64,000 nucleotides of DNA, taken from assembly GCF_000143415.4 (NCBI RefSeq), contig NW_003314368.1:392792-456791 (forward strand). Reading direction: 5' to 3'. Position numbers and translations under genes: made by a program. Shown here piece after piece: positions 38,915 through 51,475 of the stretch. Numbering within the stretch: position 1 is the first letter of the stretch; each line of letters starts with the position of its first letter. The notes under the pieces are model-generated. The model did no database searches. It worked only from the letters and a program-made list of their open reading frames with translations, and had not been told where the DNA came from. Source of the DNA: Selaginella moellendorffii. Lineage: Eukaryota; Plantae; Lycopodiophyta.

Positions 38915-39794
38915 NNNNNNNNNNNNNNNNNNNNNNNNNNNNNNNNNNNNNNNNNNNNNNNNNNNNNNNNNNNNNNNNNNNNNNNNNNNNNNNNNNNNNN
39001 NNNNNNNNNNNNNNNNNNNNNNNNNNNNNNNNNNNNNNNNNNNNNNNNNNNNNNNNNNNNNNNNNNNNNNNNNNNNNNNNNNNNNNNNNNNNNNNNNNNN
39101 NNNNNNNNNNNNNNNNNNNNNNNNNNNNNNNNNNNNNNNNNNNNNNNNNNNNNNNNNNNNNNNNNNNNNNNNNNNNNNNNNNNNNNNNNNNNNNNNNNNN
39201 NNNNNNNNNNNNNNNNNNNNNNNNNNNNNNNNNNNNNNNNNNNNNNNNNNNNNNNNNNNNNNNNNNNNNNNNNNNNNNNNNNNNNNNNNNNNNNNNNNNN
39301 NNNNNNNNNNNNNNNNNNNNNNNNNNNNNNNNNNNNNNNNNNNNNNNNNNNNNNNNNNNNNNNNNNNNNNNNNNNNNNNNNNNNNNNNNNNNNNNNNNNN
39401 NNNNNNNNNNNNNNNNNNNNNNNNNNNNNNNNNNNNNNNNNNNNNNNNNNNNNNNNNNNNNNNNNNNNNNNNNNNNNNNNNNNNNNNNNNNNNNNNNNNN
39501 NNNNNNNNNNNNNNNNNNNNNNNNNNNNNNNNNNNNNNNNNNNNNNNNNNNNNNNNNNNNNNNNNNNNNNNNNNNNNNNNNNNNNNNNNNNNNNNNNNNN
39601 NNNNNNNNNNNNNNNNNNNNNNNNNNNNNNNNNNNNNNNNNNNNNNNNNNNNNNNNNNNNNNNNNNNNNNNNNNNNNNNNNNNNNNNNNNNNNNNNNNNN
39701 NNNNNNNNNNNNNNNNNNNNNNNNNNNNNNNNNNNNNNNNNNNNNNNNNNNNNNNNNNNNNNNNNNNNNNNNNNNNNNNNNNNNNNNNNNNNNN
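38915..39794. other. Assembly gap (880 N)
   Basis: Run of N. Confidence 1.
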
Positions 39795-40230
39795 GTGACC
39801 TCCCGGGAAGTCCAAATTCAGGGAGCTTACATTTGGTATCAGAGAGGTCTTGGGTCCGACTCTGTTGGTTGGCTAGAGGAATCACACCACATGTTAATTG
39901 ACATCTGGCTGGTCCAGTTTGCTCCCGCTGGGCTCGACCCAAGGGGTAGGGTGTCAAGAGAGCGGGGCTCTCAGGAGAGCTGCGGCTCTCAGCTTCCGTT
40001 CACGAGGGCGTGAACTTGCAGGGAAGCGTGGTGGATTGTAAGCAACCAAAGGGAACGACTCGAGAGACGGTCCATGGGGTTCAAATATAGAGGGAAAGGG
40101 CCCATGAATAAGAGTGCACCCCCTTTTCCAATCGGTTAAGGGTCTTGGGATATTTGGGGTTAAGCGTCCTTGGGTTTGAATAGTACTGGGCTGGGTGACC
40201 TCCCGGGAAGTCCAAACTCAGGAGCTTACA
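39795..40230 (+). mobile_element. Cassandra TRIM, plus copy: LTR end, PBS at 39834, internal domain, PPT and LTR 40037-40230 with a 5S segment at about 40158-40213
   Basis: TGTAAGC...GCTTACA LTR; PBS TGGTATCAGAG; 5S-like GGTTAAGCGTCC...GGGTGACCTCCCGGGAAGTCC. Confidence 0.9.
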
Positions 40231-41841
40231 GCCCCCTGGTGTGGTGACTAAGGACACAGTCACACAGTGAGGAAGTCCTAGAGGACAGTGGGACTTAGTG
40301 GTCGGGCCCATAGGCCTTGATCCAGTGGCAGTGTTGGCGAACATGGCCAAGGACAGAAAGGGACTTGGTGGGGACCGGAATGGACATATTGGGGAAGGCT
40401 ATTCCCCATGTCTGCGGGCATCCTAAGGATGCTAAGGAGGGGATCTGGGATGACCACTCATGGGCAAATGGCCCAGTCTTGGAGAGACGGGATTGCAATG
40501 CAGGTGGTGTTAGACCACTAATGTGACCAAGGTGAATGAGCGTGGCATAGCGTAACAGGCTTATATGTCGGTGGTACCTTGGGGTGTCGGTCATGGGATC
40601 GGACACGTGGAGCACTTGGACCAAGTGCAAAGGTTGAGTGGCATGGATGCCATTCTTGGGGCTAGCAAGCCCCAAGTCCTAAATGGGACTTATGGAGGTT
40701 GTGAATGAGACTCCTCCAAGTGGTCAGAGGTGTGGTTAAATGACTAAAGTAGAATGAAAAAATTAGTCCCTTATAGGCAAGTACTGATGGCCAAAGAAGA
40801 TATTCTTAAGACTGTTTTTCGTATATCATTTGGTTTGTATGAGTTCTTGGTGATGCCGTTTGGTTTGAACAATGTTCCAACAACATTCCAGTGGATGATG
40901 GATGAGGTTTTTTGTGATATGCCAAAGGTGACTACCAACTTCATTGATGATGTCTTGATCCACTTGGAGGGGACGTGGGAGGAGCACGTTCATGATATTT
41001 GTAAAGTGTTGGATTGGCTACGAGACATTGGTTTAAAGCTGAAGTGGTCGAAATGCGTGTTTGGGTCCAAGGACATAACTTATCTTGGGTACCGTATTTC
41101 TCGTGGGGGTTTGCAAGTTAATCTTGACAAACTTGTGGCTATTCTAAGGTTCCCTACTCTGAAGTGTGTGAATGATGTGCAGCGCTTCTTGGGTAGGGTG
41201 TAGTATCTCGATCATTTTATGGATCATATTTCTGATCGCATTGCACTATTGTGAGTATTGCTGAAGTCATCAATGTCATCTTTCATCTGGTCTCCGAATT
41301 GTGAGTAGGCGTTTGGGGATCTCAAAGAGCTATTGACAACTCCTCCAGTTTTGGCATATCCTAACTACACTCAACCTTTTATTTTGCCTATGGATGCTTT
41401 TGACATTAGTCTTGGAGGTGTGTTGATGCAAGAGAGTCCGAGTGTGCCTGGTTAGCGCCATCCCATTGCGTATATAAGCTGTACATTGCAACCAGTGGAA
41501 GTGAACTACTCCACGATACAGAAGGAGTGCTTAGCAGCAGTCTGGGGTTTCAAGAAACTTCATGCGTATCTACATGGTTCTCAGACGTTACTTGAAGGTG
41601 ACCATGCTGCCATTACTTCATTATTGAAGTGAAAGAACCTTGTTGGTCATATTGTTCAGTGGGCTTTAAAGCTTCAGATATATGATTTTGATGTTGTTCA
41701 TTGCCCAGGGAGTTTTATGGCTAATGCTGATGCCCTTTTTCGAGGTCCTCTTCCTTCTCCACTCTCTTCTCATGTTTTTGACGAGCCTGTTGTTTCAACA
41801 TTTGTGGATTTTTTAAATGAGGATTCTGTGCCATTGGTAGT

Positions 41842-44800
41842 TGTAATGCACCTGATTTTGGAGCCAAACTCCAAGCCCATTGCGCTACGAAATGAGGGTC
41901 CGGTACAATCCCATGAGCACTAGCTCCCCGTATCTAGCACTTGCACACAAAATGGTGTCAAGCAGTGTCTAGCACAATTTTGGCATATTGGTGGCCTAAC
42001 ACAAGGAGGAGGGTACCCCACCGACTATAGCAGCATGGAGCTTGGGCTTAGACCCAAGCCGGATGCAAAACAAGGAGCGACACAGCCCAGCGGGAGTCAA
42101 ATTAATGTCTCAAGTGGTTTAACATGCATTCCAACCACTATCCCTACTATACATTTGGAACCCTTCATAGCGCCCCCCCCCGCCCCCCCTCGAGGGACAC
42201 ACACTTTGGGCTTTCACCCCAAGCCTCCCTTAGTACCAAGAGTTGGTCTCTAGGACAAATCTGAAATCTACTAAATATGGAATGGTGCTAAATTTTTGGA
42301 CACGGGATGAACACCATTGTGTTCAGGCCGACCTCTACATTCCATAGATATGCTAAATAAGTGAATCTAGACACTTTCCATAAATAGCATTTGGGACCGA
42401 AATGAGACTAACACAAAGGGCGTGATAGCGAGGGTGTTTGGCAAACACAATAAGTTATCATCTGGTGATATTGAGGGACTAGTCTCAATACGTGAGGGTT
42501 CTTCCCAAGCAAGTGCAAGACAAAGCAAAAGATAACTAACAAGCTGGGCCAAGTATGCTTAGCTAAATAGACAATTAGGAATTCCTTCCTTATGCTCATC
42601 AAGCAAAGTACAGATGCTAAATCCAATTTACTAACACTTGGACAAGAGGGGCTAATAAAGGGAATCAGCAATACCGACCTCTTGCCATCGTTGTTAGGAA
42701 TCCCTCAATTCTTGCCACATTCCTGACTCTCGCCGGATTCCTGACCTACAGACCATATTCCTAACTCTCGAGACACTTCCCTATTCCTGACTCCTGTACG
42801 ATCCCTGAGTCTCAAGCCACATTCCTGATGATGATGTGATGCCTCCTCGACCTTAGCTATATTTAGGTCGTCCTCGATCCAAGAGTGGTGGAGCTTCATC
42901 AACCTATAGTATATATAGGTTAGCCTTGTTCCATTTTTCCACAATCTGAATCAACACCAGTCAAAGGCCTCTTCTTCGTTTCCACTAGCTTTTCTCTTTG
43001 TCTTCTGCATTTTCCAGTCTTGATCTTGTTGGGGGTCTTGACAGTTTGATTCAGATTGTGGTTTTTCCATTTTTTGCTTTAGCTCGTTTTGATTGTTTGA
43101 CTGCCTTTGCCTTTTTTTGCCCTTTTTTCTTTCTTCTTTGCCAATGGAGTCTCCAAACCATCCTGATTTCTTTGCTGATGTCCTTGCAAAAATCCAGTCT
43201 AAGAATACCGAGCTGAAGGCAACCCTTCTTCACATGTAGCAGGAGCTTGCTTCACTTTTGGCTCAAGGATCCAGCAAAGTTCCTGAACCGAAGGTGAGTT
43301 TCCCGGCAAAATTTTTAGGCAAGCGTTCGGAGCTTCGCAGATTCCTGAACCAAATGGAGCTGATCTTCGCACTTCAACATCGGCGGTACCCCACTCTCGA
43401 GTCTCAAATTGGCGCGATTGGGATGTTGCTCGAAGGTGCAGCTTTGTCATGGTTTTCTCCTCTCCTGGAGAAGAGCATGAAAGGGGTTGTGGTTCCGGAG
43501 CTGATGGATCTTCAATTATTCAAAGAAAAGCTCGAAGCATATTTTGGCAAGACGGATCGGGTTCAGACTGCTACCACAAAGATGAGACGTCTCTCTTAGG
43601 GGTCTTGTCCTACCTTGATCTATGCTGGAGAGTTCCAACTCCTTGCCTTGGACACTCAGTGGGATGAACGGGCTCTGATTGATCAATTTCGTTTCGGCCT
43701 TAACAACGGTGTCAAGGATTTGTTGCTCACCATGGAGGATCCCACGGCCCTGTCGGACGCCATCAACAAAGCTATTCAATGCGACAATCGTCTCTTTGAA
43801 CGTCATCAGGAAAGTCGCTGCGTCGCCATTTTCCCGTCCCAAACTCAGGAATCCCAGCTTGAGTCTTCAGGGCATACTCCTGAACCTACTGCTCCGGTCC
43901 CGATGGATATTTCTAGTACTCCCCAACTCATCAAAGGGAAGTTGAGTCCTGCTGAGAAGCAATTCAGATATCTCATAATCTTTGCCTCTACTGTGCTGAT
44001 CCTAATCACAAAGCAGTTGTGTGTCCCAAGAAGCCTCCCTGATTGCTCGAGTTCACTCTGCCTCAAAGTCCACCTTTGTTGTAGTCAGGAAACGACTCTG
44101 TCCAAACAGAGTAGGAGCTGTCTATTTGGACTCTCTGAATAAAAATCACTTTTCTTCTTTATCAAGCTCCTCACCACTTTTCATCAAAGCCATCACCAAT
44201 TCCTGCAACTTTCGCGTCCCATGTCTCCTTTCTTTCACCGGGCAATCAGGACTCAAGGCTCTGGCGCTACTGGACTCAAGTGCAACTTCCTACTTCATGG
44301 ACACGGACTTTGCTGCTCGACATCACGTTCCTCTTTCTCCTACCATACGGGATCTGAGGGTTGAAGGCATCGACGGGCATTTTGTGTCTCCATCTTCTAG
44401 ACTTAGGGAAACGTTGCCTGTTCGAGTACACATCGGGTCCACTGTCACTGATATCACCTTCAACATCATCAGCAGCAAGTCCTTCTCTGTGGTGCTCGGC
44501 CTTCCTTGGTTCCAACTACATCAGCCTCAGATCTGTTGGAAGGAGTTACAGCTCATCTCTCCCATATAACCATCTCCTATAGCTTCCCCTGCTGTTCATC
44601 GAGTCCGAATTAGGAAAAGTTCCCTACTTTCAAATTAAGGTTCTGTTCCTGACTCTACGAAGTTTTCACCCTCTTCTTTTTCCTCTCTTCCATCTTACAC
44701 TAGACAGTATCCTCGTCTCATCATTCCACTTAATCTTATGCCTCCTCCTATCTCCATAATCACTATGAAAGAACTCCTTCATGAAGAACTTATTTTCCTT

Positions 44801-47800
44801 TTTGCTTTGCATGTTTCTCTTGTCAGTCTTCCTGAGAAGTATCATGATTTTGGGATGTGTTTGACAAAAAAAAAGCTAGTGTACTACCTATTCATCAGGC
44901 TTATTACTGTCCCATTGATTTATAGGAAGGAGCATCACCTTCATGGGGGCCTATCTACGGGTTATCCCTGTCGTAGCTTAAGGCCCTCAAAGAGTACATG
45001 GAGAAGAACTTTGCCTCGGGGTACATTTAGCATTCGCAGTCCCTGGCTGGAGCGCCTGTCTTCTTTGTCAAGAAGAAGGATGAGAGTTTGCGGCTAGTCA
45101 TCGACTACTGAGGTTTGAACAAGGTGACTATTCAGAACCGTTATCCACTACCCCTGATTTCAAACCTGTTAGAATGCCTTGACGGTGCCTGCTTCTTCAC
45201 CAAGATTGACCTCCGTGGAGCATACAACTTGATCCGGATCCGGCCTAGTGATGAATAGAAGACTGCGTTCCAAACCCGCTATGGCCACTTCGAGTACACT
45301 GTCATGCCATTTGGCTTGACAAATGCTCCAGCAGTTTTCCAACACATGGCAAATGACATCTTTCGGGAGTTTCTTGATCAGATGGTGATCGTCTACCTCA
45401 ATGACATCCTCATCTACTCAAAAACTCAGGAGGAGCACAACGAGCATGTGCGCAAGGTGCTGGCAAAGCTGTGGGAACACAACCTATACACGAAGCTTGA
45501 GAAATGTTCATTCGATCAAGAGTCTATGGAATTTCCTTGGGTACATTGTCACTCTTGAGGGTATCACGATGGATTTTGCCAAAGTCAAGACTATTCTCGA
45601 ATGGGAGCCTCCACAATCGATGTCGGACGTTCAGGTTTTTCTTAGCTTTACCAACTTATACTGCAAATTCATTGATCATTACTCTGACATTGTCCTTCCT
45701 CTCATATCTCACTTGCAAGGATGTTCCCTTCTCTTGGTCTGCTGCTACCCAGCAGGCCTTCAACACACTCAAGGCGGCCCTTAGTTCTGCTCCCATCTTG
45801 ATCCATGCTGATCCCTCACAACCTTTCTTCATCGAGGCTGACGCCTCCGACTTTGCCATCAATGCTATGCTGTCTCAACTCGGAGCTGATCAGAAATTTC
45901 ATCCGGTCGCTTTCCATTCTCGGAAATTCTAGCCTGCAAAGATCAATTACGAAATCCACCACAAGGAGCTCCTTGCCATCGTGGATTCCTTTGGAGAGTG
46001 GCGTCGTTTCTTGGAGGGGCGGGCCATCAAACAACGGTCTGGATAGATCACAAAAATCTCGAGTACTTTGCCACTTCCCGAGTTTTGAGCCGTTGTCAGG
46101 CAAGGTGGGCACAATTCCTGAGTCGGTTTGACTTTGTAATCAAGTACAGACTTGGAAAGCTTCAAGGCCTTCCTGATGCTCTTTCAAGGCGCTCCTATCT
46201 CAGTCTCAGGCCTGGTAATCCTACATTCAATCAACAAGATCAGTTTATCCTCGGTCCTGATCGGCTTCAAGTTATGGCAATTTCCCTGGCCCCTTAGGAC
46301 TCCTCCTTGATGGATGCGATTAGAAACGATCTTCAATCTGATGACCTTGCCAGTGACATTTTCCCCCATCTTCAGGCTGGACACCCAGTGACTCCTGACT
46401 ACCAGCGATTTGATGAGTTCAAGTCCTTAGATGGCTTGTTGTACCGTGGGGAGCAGCTTTACGTTCCTGAAGGTGATGTTCAAACGTTGGTCTTGATGGC
46501 ATGCCATGATAGCCCGATTGCTGGTCACTTCGGCATTGTGAAAACCTATGAGCTAGTTGCACGGGACTTTTGGTGGCCTCACATCAACGACTACATCAAA
46601 GCTGTTGTTACCTTCTGTGACACTTGCACCCGAAATAAGGTACCTCACCACCTTCCTTTAGGTTTGCTTTGTTCCCTCCCAGTCCCTTCAGGTCCTTGGG
46701 AATCCATCTCCATGGATTTCTTGAGTGATCTTCCGAGTTCTGGAGGCTTCAACAGCATTTTAGTTGTGGTGGATCGCTTCACAAAGATGGCACATTTCCT
46801 ACCATATACCAAGGAGTTTTCGGGCAAGGACATGGCAAAACTGGTATTCAGGGAAATTTCCTAACTTCATAGGATTCCTGTAGATGTGGTTTCGAATTGG
46901 GGACCTTAGTTCATCTCTCATTTCTGGCAACGGTTTTTGCAGCTGCTTGGAGTGAAGGCCAACCTCTCTTTGGCGTATCATCCTCAAACTGATGGACAGT
47001 TCGAGCGAACGATTTAGACGTTGGAACAATTCCTGAGGTGCTTCATCAACTATCATTAGGATCACTGGTTCGATATCGTTCCCCTTGCTGAGTTCTCCTA
47101 TAATAACTCTGTTCACTCCTCTCTTCAAGTTTCCCCCTTCTTTGCGAACTCTGGCCGAAATCCCCAATTCAATCTCTCACTTCCTTCTCCATCTGAGTCC
47201 TCTTGTTCAAATCCCCACTCTGAGGCATTTGTCTCTAACCTCCAGGAAATCCACAACTCCATCTCCTTCCACCTCCATCATGCTCAGGAATCTCACAAAA
47301 CATTTGCCAGTGTCCATCGTCAGGATTGTCTCCCTTACAATATCGGGGATAAAGTCTAGCTCCTCAGGCAAAATATCTCCACCACCAGGCCATGTCCCAA
47401 ACTCGATTTCAAACGCCTCAGTCCTTTCCCTATCACTGCCATCATTAATTTTGTCACTTATCACCTTGCACTTTCCTCTTCATCCACCAGTGCAGCTTGA
47501 GGATGGGTCTGAGTACGAGGTTCAGGACATCCTTGATTCCAAGATCTCACAGTCTAAACTCTACTATCTAGTCGACTGGAAGGGTTATGGACCTGAAGAA
47601 TGCACTTGGGAACCTACGGACAACCTGATTCATTCTCCTGACCTTGTTCAGGACTTCCACTGTCACTATCCTTCTCATCCCAGTCCTCATTCTTTTTCTC
47701 CATCTCCCGTCCCTCGCCGCCCATCTCATCCTCCTCTTCATTCTCATTCACGTCCTCATTCCACTCGTTCTTGAGGAGGGGGTGCTGTCAGGAATCCCTC

Positions 47801-48224
47801 AATTCTTACCACATTCCTGACTCTCACCAGATTCCTGACTTGCAGACCATATTCCTGACTCTCAAGACACTTCCTTATTCCTGACTCTCTGATTTCCCGT
47901 ATGATCCTTGAGTCTCGAGCCACATTCTTGATGATGATGTGGCGTCTCCTCGACCTCAACTATATTTAGGTCATCCTCGATCCAAGAGTGGTAGAGCTTC
48001 ATCAACCTATAGTATATATAGGTTAGCTTTGTTCCATTTCTCCACAATCTGAATCAACGCCAGTTAAAGGCCTCTTCTTCGTTTCCACTAGCTTTTCTCT
48101 TTGTTTTCTACATTTTCCAGTCTTGATCTTGTTGGGGGTCTTGACAATCATGGCAGTAAGGAAAGAGTGCCCGTAAGGATTGGCCAACAAGTATCTTTCA
48201 ATACCCGAAGTCACATTTGCGACA
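41842..48224 (-). mobile_element. Solo LTR (~930 bp net) inserted in element B and itself interrupted by element C
   Basis: TGT...ACA ends; TSD GTAGT/GCAGT (one mismatch); orientation inferred from the shared GGGTGAAAGCCC core. Confidence 0.7.
42692..48146 (+). mobile_element. Full-length degenerate Tf1/sushi-Tcn1-type chromovirus, element C (LTRs 42692-43043 and 47786-48146)
   Basis: TSD ATCGT/ATCAT; gag with CLYC...H...CP; protease LLDSSA; RT, RH, integrase; chromodomain EYEVQDILDS..YYLVDWKGYGPEECTWEP; PPT TTGAGGAGGGGG. Confidence 0.93.
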
Positions 48225-51200
48225 GCAGTTGCTGTATTTAATATTCAGTGTCCACAAGGCATAAAGAAAGATCTATCTTCTCTTGATAAGGTTCGCGAAG
48301 CTCAAAAGATTGAGCCGTGGATTTGAAGGTTTCAAGATGGGTTTGAGAATCCTACATCACATGCTGATGACTTGCCTTTCCGGCATTTACATTCTCAATA
48401 TCACCTTAAAGACGGCCTTCTTTATTTTGTGGGGATGGATGTTGATGATCATTTACTATTGGTGGTGCCTTCTGTCTTTATTCTGCAGTTTCTCCATGCC
48501 TACCATGATTCTCTTGTTCTAGGTAGGCATATGGGACATCGTCGTATGATTGAGAAGCTACACAGGTCTTTCTATTGGCCGGAGATGCGACGTGATATTA
48601 TCCAGTATGTGCATAACTGCATTTGGTGCCAAGTTCGTAATACTCCCCCTCGTGCCATAGGACAGTTAGAGTAGATTGTAGTTTCCCGTTCGTTTGAGTT
48701 GGTGGCATTTGATCTTATGGGACCTTTTCCACAATCGACTATTGGTAATGAGTATGTTATTATTGCTTTTGACTACTTGACTTGTTATGTGGAAGTTAGT
48801 GCTCTTGCTAACACCATTGCAATTGTTGTTGGATACTTCTTCCTCAATTGAGTGGTGTTCTAGCAATCTTGTCCATTCTTTCAGATAATGGTCCCGCATT
48901 TATGGCTGAGGCATTTCATGTTTTAACGTTTCAGTTGGGGATACACCACACTTTTACGAGTGCTTATCATCCACAATTAAATAGTCTAGTGAAACGGCTC
49001 GTTCAAACGTTCAAAAGGATGATCGCGAAATATGTGAACTTTCAACATTCGGATTGAGATGGTTATTTACCGTTTCTTCAATATGCATATGTCACATGGG
49101 TGCAAAGTTCTGTTAGTGCTTCACCATATAAACTCTTATATGGTCATGATCCAATATTACCAACAGAGCTAGGTTTACTTTCACGATTGCCACAAGGTAC
49201 TGATACTAGGTCATGTGATAAGTATTTGACGAGCATTCTTCCATTTGTCCAAGCAGAATCTACTGAACACTTAGGCCATTTACAAGTGGGACAATAACGG
49301 CGCTACAACTCCCATCATCATCCACCTGCAGAATACAAAATGGATTACTTGGTGTTAGTCCATTTTCCCCATCTTATGATATGTGGTTTATCTAAAGGGC
49401 TCCTTGCTCAATGGAAAAGACTATATCGAGTGTTGCGGCAAGTGGGACCACAAGTTTATGAAGTTTGGCATGATGTCCAGCAGACTGATCCTCCAGAGAT
49501 TGTGTATGTGCAACAGTTGAAACACTTCATACAAAGGGATCAAGAGCAGTTAATACCATCTACTGATCTACCAATGTCTCCTCCTAATGTTCTTTCAGAT
49601 CCTGGCCCATCTACAAGAGAACCCTGATGGTCTTCCATTATTCCGAGAGGAGGGAATGATGTGAGGGCCAAATGTATGGTTATAATGTTGTATATTAATA
49701 TTAGCATAGTGAGATTTTGGTAGTCGTCCGATTGGTTTCAATCCAGACCACTCACTCTTGTATATAAGCTAGGGTTTTTGGGCTAATTGATATGTATATT
49801 TTCTGTATTCCAAGCACTCACATTATAAAATAACTTCATTTAACACTTATTTATTTATTTATTAATTAGCTAAACATATATTAAAGGTTTCCTAGTGAAA
49901 GTTAATTTTATTAATAGTATTAAGTTGATTTAGAAAATCACCACTATTTTATCCTATTTACATATTTAATTTGTGGAATTGAAGGACTTGCATGGAAATA
50001 TCAAGAATGAACATTTTCAAAGAGTTTATTAGACACTTTTAGTTTCTGAGCTAGTGCAATAATTATTTTAATTTATATTTTTTTTAAACAAAATTTTTTG
50101 GTTAAGCATCATTATTCATTTTCTGTTGATTATTGATGTTAAGAAATAGGTGGGTTATTAGTCAAATCAAGAGGCATCACCATATATTTAAAACAATTGT
50201 AAGAACTCATGAGCCTCCAAATTTTGAAAGAGAGCATAATTTATATGAACCATTAAAGAACACTTGAAAAATATAATAAAATTATATAGAATCTATATAT
50301 TAATTTGTAAAAATAAACATGTATATATAGCATTTTCAGTGTGAAAAAACTTTCCTAGAGATGAGTTGGAGAGAGCCACTCTTGAAACTGCCAATTCACA
50401 CATCATTCCCAGAGAGCATTGCCACAAATCCCCGAGCAAAGCTGATGCTGACTTGCCCATCTATGTAGACATCACTCTGAAAAACTTGTCAGTGAACCTC
50501 GTTAAGGGACTCTTTTAGAGAATTGGAGCTGCCTGTCCTCAACCAAGAAACCTTGTAGCTTGTTCCCTCGTGTTTGAAGATGCTGCATTTGATCGACCTG
50601 GTTCATGTCCCACACTCAATCCATGACATGATATGCATGTTGATCGGTCAGGCAAATTCCAACCTTTGGAAAAACTTCAATGTCGTAGAGCTAGTCAGGC
50701 ACTACACAGTCGCTACTTGCCGATGCTGTTTGGTCCTACTGCTACTGCTTGGTGCCGTTGCTTGGTGGTGCTGCCACTACCAGTTGTGCTGCCGCTGCTG
50801 AAGCTTGAGCCTCCCGCCTAAATCCCATTTGTGCTGTGCCCACCCTCGCCGCCTTCCATGCCCTGGTCGCTATCGTGGCTGCCGTAGTCGCGCTGTGACC
50901 TCTCCTGCCCTGCTGACGCTGGCTCAAAATATGGCTCAAGTAGCTCTAAAAACAACTAGTAGCTCTTACAATTCTTTGTAAGAATAATAACCTTTGGTGC
51001 TAGTGAGGGGAATAACGTTTTCATGTGCATATCAGTAAGGCACATTGTCCTTCTCAGACGTTCTGAATGCAATGAAAGTAATGAAACCACAAATTTTGCA
51101 GAGCTCTTCCTTGACATTCTTGCTTATCTCCGGTGTTTTCACTGCTATACCAAACCAGTTTTCTGTATCACGTAGAAACACGACCAGAGGTTTACAAGTC

Positions 51201-51475
51201 ACTGAAAGCTGCTCAACAAAGAGGAGTTACTAAGACGTGTAGAAAATTTACCTCTTGCAAAGCATTAATTCTGGTGCAATAGCTAGAATCATTAGCCAAC
51301 AATTCAATTTCTCCACCTTTTCCTGTTGTTGTTCTTTCCTTTTCAGAGTAATCTTCATCATCACAGCACAGGAGATTCTTCCATTATCATTGCTAATCTT
51401 CACAATCACTTGCATTTCTCATTCCTTTATTATAGTTTACATATGTCATGTTATATTCTATTCACATGAATTGAT

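Larger units (their letters stand above)
37374..40775 (+). mobile_element. Solo LTR of the LARD family inserted in the element B RT
   Basis: Colinear with 17733-19492; TSD GGCAA (37369-37373 and 40776-40780). Confidence 0.9.
36741..49822 (+). mobile_element. Ty3/gypsy element B (protease remnant-RT-RH-INT, no chromodomain seen) with short 3' LTR 49660-49822; hosts nested insertions
   Basis: RT SPWA..FCID and KLDLASGYWQ^VLM resuming after the insertion; FIDDVL; integrase HAYHDS..HMG, SDNGPAF, TSAYHPQ; PPT GAGAGGAGGGAATGA; LTR TGTGAG...CTCACA. Confidence 0.85.

Noticed and set aside
38790-40013. Long ORFs spanning the gap
   Set aside because: Artefacts of the N run.
40158-40213. 5S rRNA gene
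   Set aside because: Only the internal control region, embedded in a TRIM LTR.
50330-50940. Coding-like minus-strand fragment
   Set aside because: Frame-broken and no family recognised.
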